Under the pieces are notes generated by a model. That model did not search any database and had not been told where the DNA came from. It saw only the letters and a list, made by a program, of their open reading frames with translations. Source: Chloroflexota bacterium (GTDB lineage: Bacteria; Chloroflexota; UBA11872; VXOZ01). Taken from it: a stretch of 64,000 nucleotides of DNA. Below, in pieces: positions 10,273 to 19,713 of this stretch. Position 1 is the stretch's first letter, and every line of letters starts with the position of its first letter. The stretch lies in assembly GCA_964291655.2 (NCBI GenBank), contig OZ219802.1:2240001-2304000 (forward strand), written 5' to 3'. A program made the position numbers and the translations under genes.

Positions 10273-10629
10273 CTAGGGTGAGGGCGACTCTTGTACTTGC
10301 CATTCACGTAGGGTAGCATCCAAGACTGCTTCAGTCTGCGTCAGCACCTGATTGTTCCAGAGTCGACCTACGCGAAACCCCTGTGCCTCCGGCCAATCCG
10401 TGCGAACTGAATCCTCTTCTTTGCGAAGCTGACGCTGACCACCATCTATCTCAATCGCCAGGATTCCTTCATAGCGCAGGAAGTCAACAATGTACTTGCC
10501 AAGGTGTGCTTGTCTACGGAATTTGCAGCCGACAAACTGACGACTGTGCAAGTGTCGCTACAGGGCCTTCCCGGCTTCAGTTGAACTCTTCCGGAGATGT
10601 CGGGCCCTTGCAGCGCCTTGCGATGCCAT
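10273..10629 (-). pseudogene. DUF559 (Vsr-like) endonuclease pseudogene flanked by inverted palindromic repeats
   Basis: MASQGAARARHLRKSSTEAGKAL*RHLHSRQ..KFRRQ..GKYIVDF..LAIEIDGGQ..GFRV.R.WN. TAG at 10558..10560 replaces the conserved Trp; DGGQH has become DGGQR. Confidence 0.8.
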
Positions 10630-10784
10630 TTTGTTCACCCTCACCCAAACCCTCTCCCCCAGGAGAGGGCTTTAACTGGGAACTACTGTGATCTCAGGCT
10701 CTAGAACAAAGGGAGGTCACCACCTTGTGCGCGGTGTAATCACCGAGACGCTTCCCAGTAGACCTCACTACGATTGAAGACAGG

Positions 10785-12098
10785 CTATGTAAGCGTGCCC
10801 GCGATGCGGAGGGCTTCGGACACTACGATGTGTTCGGCTTGGGGCTGGTAGGGTGCGGGCAGGTGGTAGAACTTGTGCGAGCGTGTGGGCTCGTAGCCAC
10901 CGTCTGCGTATGATGCCTCGGTGCAGAGGTAGCCGATGGTGTCGTTGGAGTAGCCCAACGTCCACGCCGCTTGACCCACGTGGTCGGCCATGAGCGCCGC
11001 CTCAATCTGCAGGCCGACTTCCAGAAAAACCTCGGCTCCTAGACCCACCATCCAGAGCCCGCCGATGCGCAAGACCTGGATGGGGAAGTCCACGCTTGTC
11101 GGCAGCGACCCGTTGCTCTGCAGGCGGGAGAGCATCGACCCGGTCCAAAGTTGCATATAGTTGTCGTCTTTCGCCTTCGCGCGCATGTCCTTGAGTTCCG
11201 CCGCCGTGGGTGGATCCATTAGCGGCAAAGACACGAGCTCGTGCGCCACGCCGATGGGGTAGCCGACCACCATGGTGGCCTCTCGGGCTGCGCGAGCGGC
11301 CAGCGCGCCGACGCCGCGGCCGTGGGTGTCAATCTCTTCACCAGAGCAGGGATGAAAGCGCGTGCCGCCCGGCGCGATAACGCGCACACGCATGTTGCCC
11401 GCACAGCCCTGCAAAAAGCCAACCACTGGCGCTCCCTGGTCGGCAAACTGTCGTTCCACTTCCTGTCTGGCGGCGGCCACGTAATCGCCGTTCACCACCG
11501 GCATGCGGTAGGCATACCCGGTCGGATGGAACGCCCCTGAGAAGAGTATTGCAACCACGGTCCCATTCAGCCGCTCGAAACGGAGCGCGCGGATGCGCTG
11601 GTCCACAATGCCGTCGTAGTTCGGCGCGAGCTGGGCCTCGCCGCCTTCCATGCGCCGGCGGTTGATGGCGAAGTTTCCTTCCGCCCCGCCCACGCGCAGC
11701 GCTACCGGTTCTAGGCTCGCGTCGGCGCGGGTGACGGCATCGGCGAGGGATTGCACCAAACTCTGGTAGTACGTTTCATCTATTTCATCGGGAAGGGCCT
11801 GCAGAATCGCGGGTCCGAAGTGGCTGTGCGAGGCATTGATCAAGACACTGGCGCCTGAGATACCCGTCTGCCGCTCCACGCGCTCACGCACGGCGTTGAC
11901 CAACGGCGCATCCAAACCGAGTACGTCAAGTCCGACGATTGCCACTTTCTGTTCACCGTCGCTGAGCACCACGGCAGTCGCGTAGAGATCGTGGTAGACG
12001 CTCTCCACCCGCAGGTCTGCTCGACTCGACTGGAACGCGCTCCCCATAGGCGGCGTGATCGCCACCTTTGCCCCACCGGCAATTAATCCCGTTGCCAT
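10785..12098 (-). CDS. Neutral/alkaline ceramidase N-terminal-domain-like hydrolase
   Basis: ITPP, DLYATAVVL, NASHSHFGP, INRR, QGCAGN, GYSND..GY, GGYE motifs. Confidence 0.75.
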   Translation of the reverse strand: MATGLIAGGAKVAITPPMGSAFQSSRADLRVESVYHDLYATAVVLSDGEQKVAIVGLDVLGLDAPLVNAVRERVERQTGISGASVLINASHSHFGPAILQALPDEIDETYYQSLVQSLADAVTRADASLEPVALRVGGAEGNFAINRRRMEGGEAQLAPNYDGIVDQRIRALRFERLNGTVVAILFSGAFHPTGYAYRMPVVNGDYVAAARQEVERQFADQGAPVVGFLQGCAGNMRVRVIAPGGTRFHPCSGEEIDTHGRGVGALAARAAREATMVVGYPIGVAHELVSLPLMDPPTAAELKDMRAKAKDDNYMQLWTGSMLSRLQSNGSLPTSVDFPIQVLRIGGLWMVGLGAEVFLEVGLQIEAALMADHVGQAAWTLGYSNDTIGYLCTEASYADGGYEPTRSHKFYHLPAPYQPQAEHIVVSEALRIAGTLT

Positions 12099-12232
12099 AG
12101 TCGCTCCTCAATCTGCATGCGTTGTATGCCACGTAATCATACCAGGCGGGGCGCGTATCCCTTGTTCGCCAGCCATAGGCGAACGATACCGCGTGGGGGC
12201 ATTCATTTTTCCCCTCACCCCAACCCTCTCCC

Positions 12233-13497
12233 TGTACAGACTGGGCTGATAGGTAACAGGTGTTCGGGTTGATAGGTTACACATTTTGTGCTCTGAGGTC
12301 TATGGTTTTGATGCGTTGTATTGAGAAGTGCACGTTCCAGATGCCGTCGGTTTGGGCAGGCCTGAGTGCGACCTGTTTGTGGGTGAAGGCCCTGCCCACA
12401 CGGAGCCGTCTGCCCTGGAAGGAGATGCGACCGGAGACATCGACGCTGCGCACGTGGTCGTCAGGAGCGTAGTCGAGGGCAGGCAACGTCTCAGGGAAGG
12501 GGCGCGGACTAGGCGTGTATCTGGTGATGGGTGTGTCGAGATCGAGGGCATGATGGGGGCGTTCCAAGTTGTAGAAGTCGCGCCAGGTGTCGAAGGCGCC
12601 CTGGCAGTGCTCCAGGTCGGTGAAGCTGGTTCCTGCCAGCAGTTCGCTCTTGAGCGAGCGGTGGAAGCGTTCCAGCTTGCCGAGTGTCTGGGGATGATAG
12701 GGTCTACTGTGGAGCACGCTGATGCCCAGCTGCATGAGCCAGACGGTGAGGGGCGTAAAAGGCTGGGCACTGTCGTTGCCCCAGGGGGAGCCGTTATCCA
12801 TGAGCATGGCCTGGGGCAGGCCGTAGCGCCGAAAGACAGTGGTGAGGCGGTCTTGAACCGTCTCTCCCCGCTCGTTGGCGCAGGCCTGTAAACCTAGGTT
12901 GAAGCGGGAATGATCGTCCAGGAGGGTAAGCGGATGGCAGCGGTTCTGCTGCATGACGAAATGTCCCTTGAAGTCCATCTGCCACAGCTCGTTGGGCTGG
13001 GGTCGTTCGAAGCGCACATGGGGCGTGTGCTTGGCGCTCTGGGCTGGATCGATGAGCCCATGGCGTTTGAGAATGGCATTGATGGTGCTCTTGGCCGGCA
13101 CGTCGGTATGCCCCTGGTCCTGCAGCATTCTGCGCAGCACATGGGCGCCCTTCGTAGGATGCGCCAGACGCAGCGCGATGATGCGTTCCTCCATCGCCGG
13201 GCGCGTGCGGTGCGGACACGTGTGCGTGCGGTGCGAACGGTCACGCAGGCTCTGCGCTCCCCCCGACGCGTACCGCCGCAACCACTTGTAGCCAGTCTTG
13301 CGGCTGATGTTGAACCGACCGCACAATTCGCTCATTCTCACCGCGCCACTATTGGCCAGAGCAATAAACTCTTCCCGGGCAGACATAAGCGTTTCCACCT
13401 TCCACGACATGGTCATCCTCCCGCTGCAAGATTCTCCATGCCTATAGGTGTAACCTATCAACCCGAACAAGCGTTACCCATCAACCCGGTCTATACA
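12233..13497 (-). mobile_element. IS481-family insertion sequence
   Basis: TGT..ACA ends, imperfect TIRs (TGTACAGACTGGGCTGATAGGTAAC / GTTACCCATCAACCCGGTCTATACA), 5-bp TSD CTCCC (12228..12232, 13498..13502). Confidence 0.92.
12277..13410 (-). CDS. IS481-family DDE transposase
   Basis: MSWK..HTH (ISRKTGYKW), WQMDFKG, DDHSRF, DNGSPW, HPQTLGKLERFH, YNLERPH. Confidence 0.95.
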   Translation of the reverse strand: MSWKVETLMSAREEFIALANSGAVRMSELCGRFNISRKTGYKWLRRYASGGAQSLRDRSHRTHTCPHRTRPAMEERIIALRLAHPTKGAHVLRRMLQDQGHTDVPAKSTINAILKRHGLIDPAQSAKHTPHVRFERPQPNELWQMDFKGHFVMQQNRCHPLTLLDDHSRFNLGLQACANERGETVQDRLTTVFRRYGLPQAMLMDNGSPWGNDSAQPFTPLTVWLMQLGISVLHSRPYHPQTLGKLERFHRSLKSELLAGTSFTDLEHCQGAFDTWRDFYNLERPHHALDLDTPITRYTPSPRPFPETLPALDYAPDDHVRSVDVSGRISFQGRRLRVGRAFTHKQVALRPAQTDGIWNVHFSIQRIKTIDLRAQNV

Positions 13498-13640
13498 CTC
13501 CCCCAGGAGAGGGAACGGAAACGGCGCTGCTGGGGTGAATGCTCCCCTCACCCTAACCCTCTCCCCGAGGAGAGGGAACGGAAGCCGCGCTGCTGGAGTG
13601 AATGCCCCCTCAATCTAACCCTCTCCCGCTAGGAGAAGGT
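13498..13640. repeat. Tandem ~63-bp units built on the CCCTCACCCTAACCCTCTCCC..GGAGAGGG hairpin
   Basis: Repeated GGAGAGGGAACGGAA..GCGCTGCTGG.GTGAATGC.CCCCTCA units. Confidence 0.7.
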
Positions 13641-13785
13641 ACAAGCAAGAGCAGTTTCTTGTAGCAGGAGCAGGGCTATGCGGCGCCGTCGCTCTTCCGG
13701 AAGACTGCTTTGTGTCTCGCTGTTCCCCCACGTCAAGAAAGTCGGTCGGACGCTCTCTCTACTCTTTGCGAACAATACATCGGGG

Positions 13786-15588
13786 TCATAGATTTGCTAA
13801 GGAACACTCCTGCCAAGGCGATCTTGTCCCCTCTCCCAGCGGAGAACCTTGCGTAACCTTAGTGGAAGCAACAGCGTTCCCTCTCCCTCGACGGGAGAGG
13901 GCTAGGGTGAGGGTGAATCTCCTGCAATCGCTACATTTGCACACCGACTCTGCCCTGATACGTCTTGACACTGCCCAGCGTATAGTGCCATTGTAGCAAG
14001 TAGACCCCCTCACCCCAACCCTCTCCCCCAGAGGCTGTCTCAATATTTTGGTGCGGGGCACGGTGAATGGGGTGAGAAGGACAGACAGATGGCGGGTGGT
14101 ATGAACAAGACGGTGCCAGTGAGAGACTCGTCCCCGGGGCGACGCTGGACTACACCCAGACCGCCACAGGGCGTGGAGGCTCTTGAGATTGAACGCGGTG
14201 GCCAGCAGGTGCCATTCGGACGTCACGTGGCTGCGGCCTCTGAGCAGGAAGCGCCTGGCACTGTGCCACTCCTTGAGCAGGCCAAAGACCGGCTCGACGA
14301 TGGTACTCCGGCGGCGGTACACCTGCTTGGCAGGCGCGGTGGCCATCAACTGCCTGTGCCGTTGCAGTATTGGCTCGTAGGCGCTGATCTTTATGGAGCG
14401 GCCCCTCTGGGAGGAGGTGCAGACGCCGAAGGCCGGACAGGTTCTGCAGTCCCGGCCGTTGGCTTGGTACCGCTTGACCCGGTAGCCGTTGCTGTGGGTC
14501 AAGCGGTGCGTGTAGGTGAGCACCTTTTGCTGGGGACACAGGTAGGTGTCGGTCTCTGGACGGTAGGTGAAGTGGTCTTTATGGTAGGGGTTGCGGCGTC
14601 TGCGCTCGTGGGTCGTGGGCATCAATACCGTGTGGCCGCCGGCGTGGCACGTGGCGAGGTTGGCCCCCGAATGGTAGCCGGCGTCCGCAACGGTCACCAC
14701 GTCCCGCGCGGCGTCGATGTTCTCCTGCGCCGCCTCGATCAGCGGCGCCAGGTGGGGATGGTCGTCGGCACTGGCGCTCACGTCCACGGCTGTGATCAAC
14801 CTCCCCCCTGCGCCCTCGTCCGGGGACGCAAGAGGGGAGACCAGCGCCTGGGCGTTGTAGCCGGTGATGAAGCCACCCATGCCAGTCTTGAGCAGGGCCG
14901 CGTCCGCATCAGTCAGGTTCGTGTAGCGCGGCCCGTCCTCAGCCGCGACGCGGGCGAGCGCGTCGTCCACCCGCCGCCGCAGGGCCTGGGCATCGGCAAG
15001 TTCCTGCGGCAAAGTCGCTGGCGGCGCGTCGCCCCCCGTGGCGTTCTGCGCCTCCAGGTCCGCGATCGCTTGCTCGGTGCGGGACAACAGCCGCTGCAGC
15101 CCCTGCGCGTCGTGGGTATGCCGCGTCCCGGCGTTGGCCGCGATCCTGGTGCCGTCCACCGCCTGGATTGCCAACTCCACCAGGCCGGCTCGCACCGCCG
15201 TGCGCACCGTGCGCTTGAGCAGCGTCCGCATCCGGTCGCGGTGCGCCTTGTAGAAGCGCCACAGCGTGTTGTGGTCCGGCTGCTGCATCCCCACCAGCCA
15301 CAGGTACGGTACCTGATCCCGGCAGGCTGCCTCCAGCTTGCGGCTCGAGCGCACGCCGGTCATGAAGCCGTAGACCCATACGCCCAGCAGCGCGCGCGGA
15401 TGGTAGGCCCCGGCGCCACGCGGATCGCCTTGCAGGTCAATCTCCATCGCCTCCCAGGCCGCAGCATCGAGGCTGTCCACGAACGCTGCCGCAAACCTGA
15501 CAGGATGGTCGTCCGGGATCAGTTCGTCCAGCGTCGGCGGCAACAGCCAGGCCTGTTCACGACTAAACGGTCTCAACGGCATCGTCAC
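13786..15588 (-). CDS. IS1182-family transposase (ORF reads through the IS end)
   Basis: LLPP.LDELIP.DHPVR, YHP, SSRKLE, PDHNT, DGTRI.ANA, TD.DA, GYNAQ, ADAGY, Zn-ribbon CP..CRTC, RR..VEPVFG. Confidence 0.92.
   Translation of the reverse strand: MTMPLRPFSREQAWLLPPTLDELIPDDHPVRFAAAFVDSLDAAAWEAMEIDLQGDPRGAGAYHPRALLGVWVYGFMTGVRSSRKLEAACRDQVPYLWLVGMQQPDHNTLWRFYKAHRDRMRTLLKRTVRTAVRAGLVELAIQAVDGTRIAANAGTRHTHDAQGLQRLLSRTEQAIADLEAQNATGGDAPPATLPQELADAQALRRRVDDALARVAAEDGPRYTNLTDADAALLKTGMGGFITGYNAQALVSPLASPDEGAGGRLITAVDVSASADDHPHLAPLIEAAQENIDAARDVVTVADAGYHSGANLATCHAGGHTVLMPTTHERRRRNPYHKDHFTYRPETDTYLCPQQKVLTYTHRLTHSNGYRVKRYQANGRDCRTCPAFGVCTSSQRGRSIKISAYEPILQRHRQLMATAPAKQVYRRRSTIVEPVFGLLKEWHSARRFLLRGRSHVTSEWHLLATAFNLKSLHALWRSGCSPASPRGRVSHWHRLVHTTRHLSVLLTPFTVPRTKILRQPLGERVGVRGSTCYNGTIRWAVSRRIRAESVCKCSDCRRFTLTLALSRRGRGNAVASTKVTQGSPLGEGTRSPWQECSLANL
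13841..14030. mobile_element. Left part of a MITE homologous to 56782..57018, interrupted by IS1182
   Basis: GGAGAACCTTGCGTAACC..TTCCCTCTCCCTCGACGGGAGAGGGCTAGGGTGAGGGTGAATCTCCTGCA is shared with the 56782 copy. Confidence 0.7.
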
Positions 15589-15674
15589 TACCTCTCTACA
15601 AACTATCCCACCACCTCACCTTGCTTCTCTTCACACCAGTATATATCCAGTAGATCTATTTTTGAGACACCCTC
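14031..15674 (-). mobile_element. IS1182-family insertion sequence
   Basis: TIRs GAGGCTGTCTCAA / TTGAGACACCCTC bracket the transposase; inserted at the apex of CTCTCCCCCA|TTGGGGAGAG. Confidence 0.88.
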
Positions 15675-15684
15675 TTGGGGAGAG

Positions 15685-15838
15685 GAGGCCGTCTCATAAA
15701 CGCATCGCTCCGTGTAGACTTGCCCTTCGACAGGCTCAGGGCGAACGTAACAGACAACAGTCCGTTCGTGCTGAGTGCTGCGCGAAGCCCTTGTCGAAGC
15801 ACGATTTAGCCTATCGAGTCGACTTATGGGATAGCCTC
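15685..15838. mobile_element. IS1182-type MITE (154 bp) with ~10-bp target duplication
   Basis: Ends GAGGCCGTCTCATAA / TTATGGGATAGCCTC; flanks TTGGGGAGAG (15675..15684) and TTGGGAAGAG (15839..15848). Confidence 0.7.
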
Positions 15839-16124
15839 TTGGGAAGAGGGCTGGGGTGAGGGGACTTCTGCTTACCCCATCCTCTTTACGGGCAAGACCG
15901 ATACGCAAGAGTGCAATAACGGTAAAAAGCTCCCAGAATTCGGGAATTTCTCCCTCACCCCCGTATCGAGCACGGGGCAGGCTTTTACCCTCTCCCGCCG
16001 GGAGAGGGGGCTTTCCCGCCCCAGCGAGGGTAATGCAAGGGTCTTCCATGGGGGATTAGTACAGGTGCTTTCACCTTCCGGGAGGTCGTACAAGAACTGG
16101 GTGGGCCAAGCACACGTACCTAAC

Positions 16125-16595
16125 CTACCGCGAGGCCCGATCCAGGCCGCCGGTTAATGCCGCGAATGCCACGCCGACCTGGAGCAAGATGCCGGAGGCC
16201 AGCAGGGGCGCCGGGCCGACGGCGCCGCTCAACACCGCCCACCAGCGTTCTAGGCGTGTCATTGTTTCCCATATATCGGTGTAGCGGTAGTCCAGCGGCG
16301 CGGTGTCATAGTTCGCTGCCAAGTGCTGCCAGATCCCCACCAGTGCAAAGGCGACTGCCAGCGCCGCCAATGCGCGCGCCAGCCAGATAGTCGCCGGAGT
16401 CGTACGAATGGAGAGAGCAGTCAGGCCAACGCAGATTCCCCCCACGGCGACCCAAGGCAGGATCTGGATCCAGTCGTGCCAATGCCGTTCCAGCGCCAAC
16501 TCTCCCGCGGTGCCAATTACACCCAGCAGCACGAGCGCCAACAGCGCAGCGCGTAATCCGTCAAACTTTCCATTGCGGCGGATGAGCTGCCTCAT
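16125..16595 (-). CDS. Hypothetical 4-TM membrane protein
   Basis: Hydrophobic helices, ELALERHW, GPAPLLASG; start overlaps the upstream gene stop (ATGA). Confidence 0.7.
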   Translation of the reverse strand: MRQLIRRNGKFDGLRAALLALVLLGVIGTAGELALERHWHDWIQILPWVAVGGICVGLTALSIRTTPATIWLARALAALAVAFALVGIWQHLAANYDTAPLDYRYTDIWETMTRLERWWAVLSGAVGPAPLLASGILLQVGVAFAALTGGLDRASR

Positions 16596-17131
16596 GGCAG
16601 GTGCAGGAGCGCAATGATCGCGTCCACTACGCCGGGAGCCGGATTGTATTTGGCGAGTTCTCCGCGCAGCTTCTTGTACTCCGTATCGTCCGTCTCATAG
16701 GGGCGGTACTCGTCCACCTCGCGTGCCCATCGACTTGCGTTGCTAATCCCTGCTGCTTCAAATGCAGCCGCTAATTCGGCGATGCTGGCGTCATTTGCTG
16801 AGAGTGTGGCTGCGGTCGTAGCCGGGGTTTCCGCAGGCGCCGCTGGGGTTTCAGAGGGTGCAGCAGTTGCTTCACTCTCTGTTGAGCTCTCGGAAGGCGC
16901 TGCAGTGGCAGCAGTCTGGTTTGTAGTTGTGTCTGTTGCACTTGATTCTGAATCGTCACCCCCACACGCCGCGCCAAGCACGATTCCCACTGTGAATACG
17001 GTCGCTAAGGCGTACCGAGCCAGCCCGGTGTGGGGTCTGGTTCTCTCCGAGGCAAGTTTCCAATCGGCAGTCTGTTCTCGTTCCAAAACCAAATTCCCTT
17101 CAAATTGCATGCGTTTCTTAACCACACTCAA
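16592..17131 (-). CDS. Hypothetical lipoprotein with S/T/A-rich linker (true start uncertain)
   Basis: GAAC lipobox, low-complexity linker, globular C-terminus (SANDAS..RWAREVDEYRPY..KYNP). Confidence 0.65.
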   Translation of the reverse strand: MSVVKKRMQFEGNLVLEREQTADWKLASERTRPHTGLARYALATVFTVGIVLGAACGGDDSESSATDTTTNQTAATAAPSESSTESEATAAPSETPAAPAETPATTAATLSANDASIAELAAAFEAAGISNASRWAREVDEYRPYETDDTEYKKLRGELAKYNPAPGVVDAIIALLHLP

Positions 17132-17423
17132 ACGCTTTCAAGGCGCAGAAAGCCCTTCAGGTGCATCCTCTGACTACCAGGGTCTATGCAGTTGCTTGCA
17201 CGGGAGCAACATACCCGATTGGTGCAATCTCCAATCCATCAGAACGCCATCGGTTGGCAAATACCGCAAAGTACAGTGCTCTAGCTCGCAATAATTGCGA
17301 AACGACTTTTGGAATCACGACACTGGATGGGAATGCGGGTTCCTGGAAACGGACCGCAGACTTCAAGACTCGGGCAAGGATGGGCCAAAGGCTTCTAGAT
17401 AACTCCCCAAGACAGACTTCCGC

Positions 17424-18917
17424 TTACTGCCGCAGCATTTCCTGGAGCGCGAATGACAGCTCTTCGGCAGCATCGGATACCGTGGTCTGACCGCTCAGGA
17501 CCGGCGCCATGAGATGCTGCTGGAAGAGTGACTGTAGGTAGGGCGCGATCAAGGGCGGAATGCCTCGACTGTAGCCGAGGGCATCTGCGATGATATTGGC
17601 GTCCTCTATTCTGAGGCTTGGCCTCACCTGCTTAATCCGATCGCCCGTTACGCTGTAAACCGGATAGCCAAAGAACGTAACCGGCAGTTGCGCAAGTTCT
17701 CGGGATAGCACCAGCGCCGCCTGCGCTGCCAGGCCTGTATCCTTGGCCTGCGCCCCCACGCTCAGCCCGGCCACAGGGGATACCCACGTCGCCTGCCCTA
17801 GGTCCGTCGGCAACGGCGCGGCATGGATCTGCTCCGAACCGAGTCCTTGGTTCCCGCCGGAGCGAACGGCAGTCGCCAAGCGCGCCGTATCGCTGGGCTG
17901 CACGCCCCCTCCGCCGCCGCCACCGCCACGGCCCCCGCCGCCGCCAGGTGCTTGGTCGAAGGAGACTACCTGCATGCCATTGCGATTCGCGCGCATGAAG
18001 GAAAAGGTGCCCTCCGGCGGATTTGGCGCAATGTTGTGTACGACAATCATGTCCCGCCAGAGCTCGATGGCTTTAATGGCATTTGGTTCAGCGAGCCGCA
18101 CGGCGCCATTCTGGGCGTCAAACACTTCGCCGCCGTGGCTCCAAATCATGCTGAGCAACATTGGCACCGAGGCATGCGCATAGGTCCCCCATTGGGAACC
18201 CGATTCGTTGCTGTAGGTGAGGCGCTTGCCTGCCTCGATCATCTCGGGCCAGGTCCACCCACCGTCCGGCGCCGCCACACCGTCGTTGGCCAAGAGGTCC
18301 GCATCATAGGTGAGCGTATTGATAGTGCTGGAAAGCGGCAAGGCAAGGGCTTGCCCTTGCCAACGGACCGATTCCATCGCACCGGGAGCGAAGTCCGACA
18401 GATCGATGCTGCCCTCCACCCGCGTGGCCTGCTCAAACGGCTCGATGACGCCTTCATCGTAAAGCAGCGGCAGCTCGTTCATGTTGCTGATCAACAGCAG
18501 GTCTGGGAATGGGGTCCCACCGGCCAACTCCCCGCTCGCAGCCGCGTCATTGAGTGTTTCGGCAATCGGGCTGAACGGGGTCGGCGTCGGTTCAGCGTTA
18601 GCAGCAGCGCCAAAGAAGCCGCCAAAGTTAGGGTTCGGCCCCGGTGGCACGACCGTTAGGTTGACCTCCATTTGGAAGCCAAGATTCTGATCGTTGATCT
18701 CATTGGCAGCAGACTGGAGGCTGGCAAGGATGTTGCCGGCTTGTGCAGCTTGAAAGTTTGCTCCCTGCCCCTGGGGCAGAAAAACCGCAACGTTTACCGT
18801 CTTGTCTCCGGAATCTCCGCCCACTAGGCCGTCAAAAAAACCGCAGCCGGCCGCGAGACTTGCCACTACCGGCACGCCACCGACCAGACCAAGAAACGAA
18901 CGACGCGTCATCGCCAT
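17424..18917 (-). CDS. Tat-exported extracellular solute-binding lipoprotein
   Basis: MTRRSFL, AAGC lipobox, ALP..LTYDADL..G..WTW; Gly-rich insertion. Confidence 0.8.
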   Translation of the reverse strand: MAMTRRSFLGLVGGVPVVASLAAGCGFFDGLVGGDSGDKTVNVAVFLPQGQGANFQAAQAGNILASLQSAANEINDQNLGFQMEVNLTVVPPGPNPNFGGFFGAAANAEPTPTPFSPIAETLNDAAASGELAGGTPFPDLLLISNMNELPLLYDEGVIEPFEQATRVEGSIDLSDFAPGAMESVRWQGQALALPLSSTINTLTYDADLLANDGVAAPDGGWTWPEMIEAGKRLTYSNESGSQWGTYAHASVPMLLSMIWSHGGEVFDAQNGAVRLAEPNAIKAIELWRDMIVVHNIAPNPPEGTFSFMRANRNGMQVVSFDQAPGGGGGRGGGGGGGGVQPSDTARLATAVRSGGNQGLGSEQIHAAPLPTDLGQATWVSPVAGLSVGAQAKDTGLAAQAALVLSRELAQLPVTFFGYPVYSVTGDRIKQVRPSLRIEDANIIADALGYSRGIPPLIAPYLQSLFQQHLMAPVLSGQTTVSDAAEELSFALQEMLRQ

Positions 18918-19713
18918 CACATACCTCTCATTTTGCAGTCTTTCGCGCTACATGTGTCCTATGTAAAGCAACCTCTGCTGCCGCTCGTCTTGTGGAATAC
19001 AAGAGTTCCTCACGATGTAAGCCCGTTTGCGCCCCACGCTTACGTCTTGGTTTGCTTGCGCGCAGAAGGCGAGCCACAAGATGACGAGTGAACTTTCCGA
19101 AACTCTCCGGCAGCAGTCAGGGAAATCAAGCCCCGAAGGGCAACCCGCGCGCCGCGCGGCACTTTCCAACTCATCCCCATGCTACTGCTCAATTGTCAAG
19201 AGAATGTGAAGGTAAATGTGACGACGAAGGGACTTTGGACATGCCTTAGCGACGATTCGCGCCATCGCTTTCCGGCGGGATACGGCGCAATCGGCAACAC
19301 TGGGCCAATTCAGGCCGCTGCACGATAGGCAAGCCACCACATTGCTATCCATCCCACCCGTGGCATTGAAAGGCATTGTATGGTAGAAATTCGCTAAGTC
19401 GAATTGAGTGACCGACCGGTAGGGTGCGCAATCATCACGCCAAACAACCCTGCATGGGGCCGCAAGACCGTTAAAAGCAAATGCTTCGACAGGCACAGCA
19501 TGGGCGCTGTCGAAGCATTGGAGACGAGCGAACCGCGGAATCCTTTTGAAGGAATCTCACGGTTGGTCCCCTCTGAAAAGTGCTCCGGGTGGACGGAAAG
19601 CTATGAGGACGTTCCAGACCACAAATCTACAGCGGCTGCCCCACTCTTGGGGAGAGCGAAGCCAGACCTCGCCTGGCTCGTGTCGGATCACTGGTCCACC
19701 AGCGATCCGGAGT

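Noticed and set aside
10558-10560. In-frame TAG in DUF559 as pyrrolysine or recoding
   Set aside because: It replaces a conserved Trp (TGG to TAG) and other conserved residues are also decayed; a pseudogene is the simpler explanation.
13498-13640. ~63-bp periodic repeats as a mini-CRISPR
   Set aside because: The 'spacers' are near identical to each other, so this is a tandem duplication of the hairpin repeat.
18950-19200. Riboswitch upstream of the solute-binding protein 17424..18917
   Set aside because: GC-rich hairpins are present, but I could not match a known aptamer consensus.
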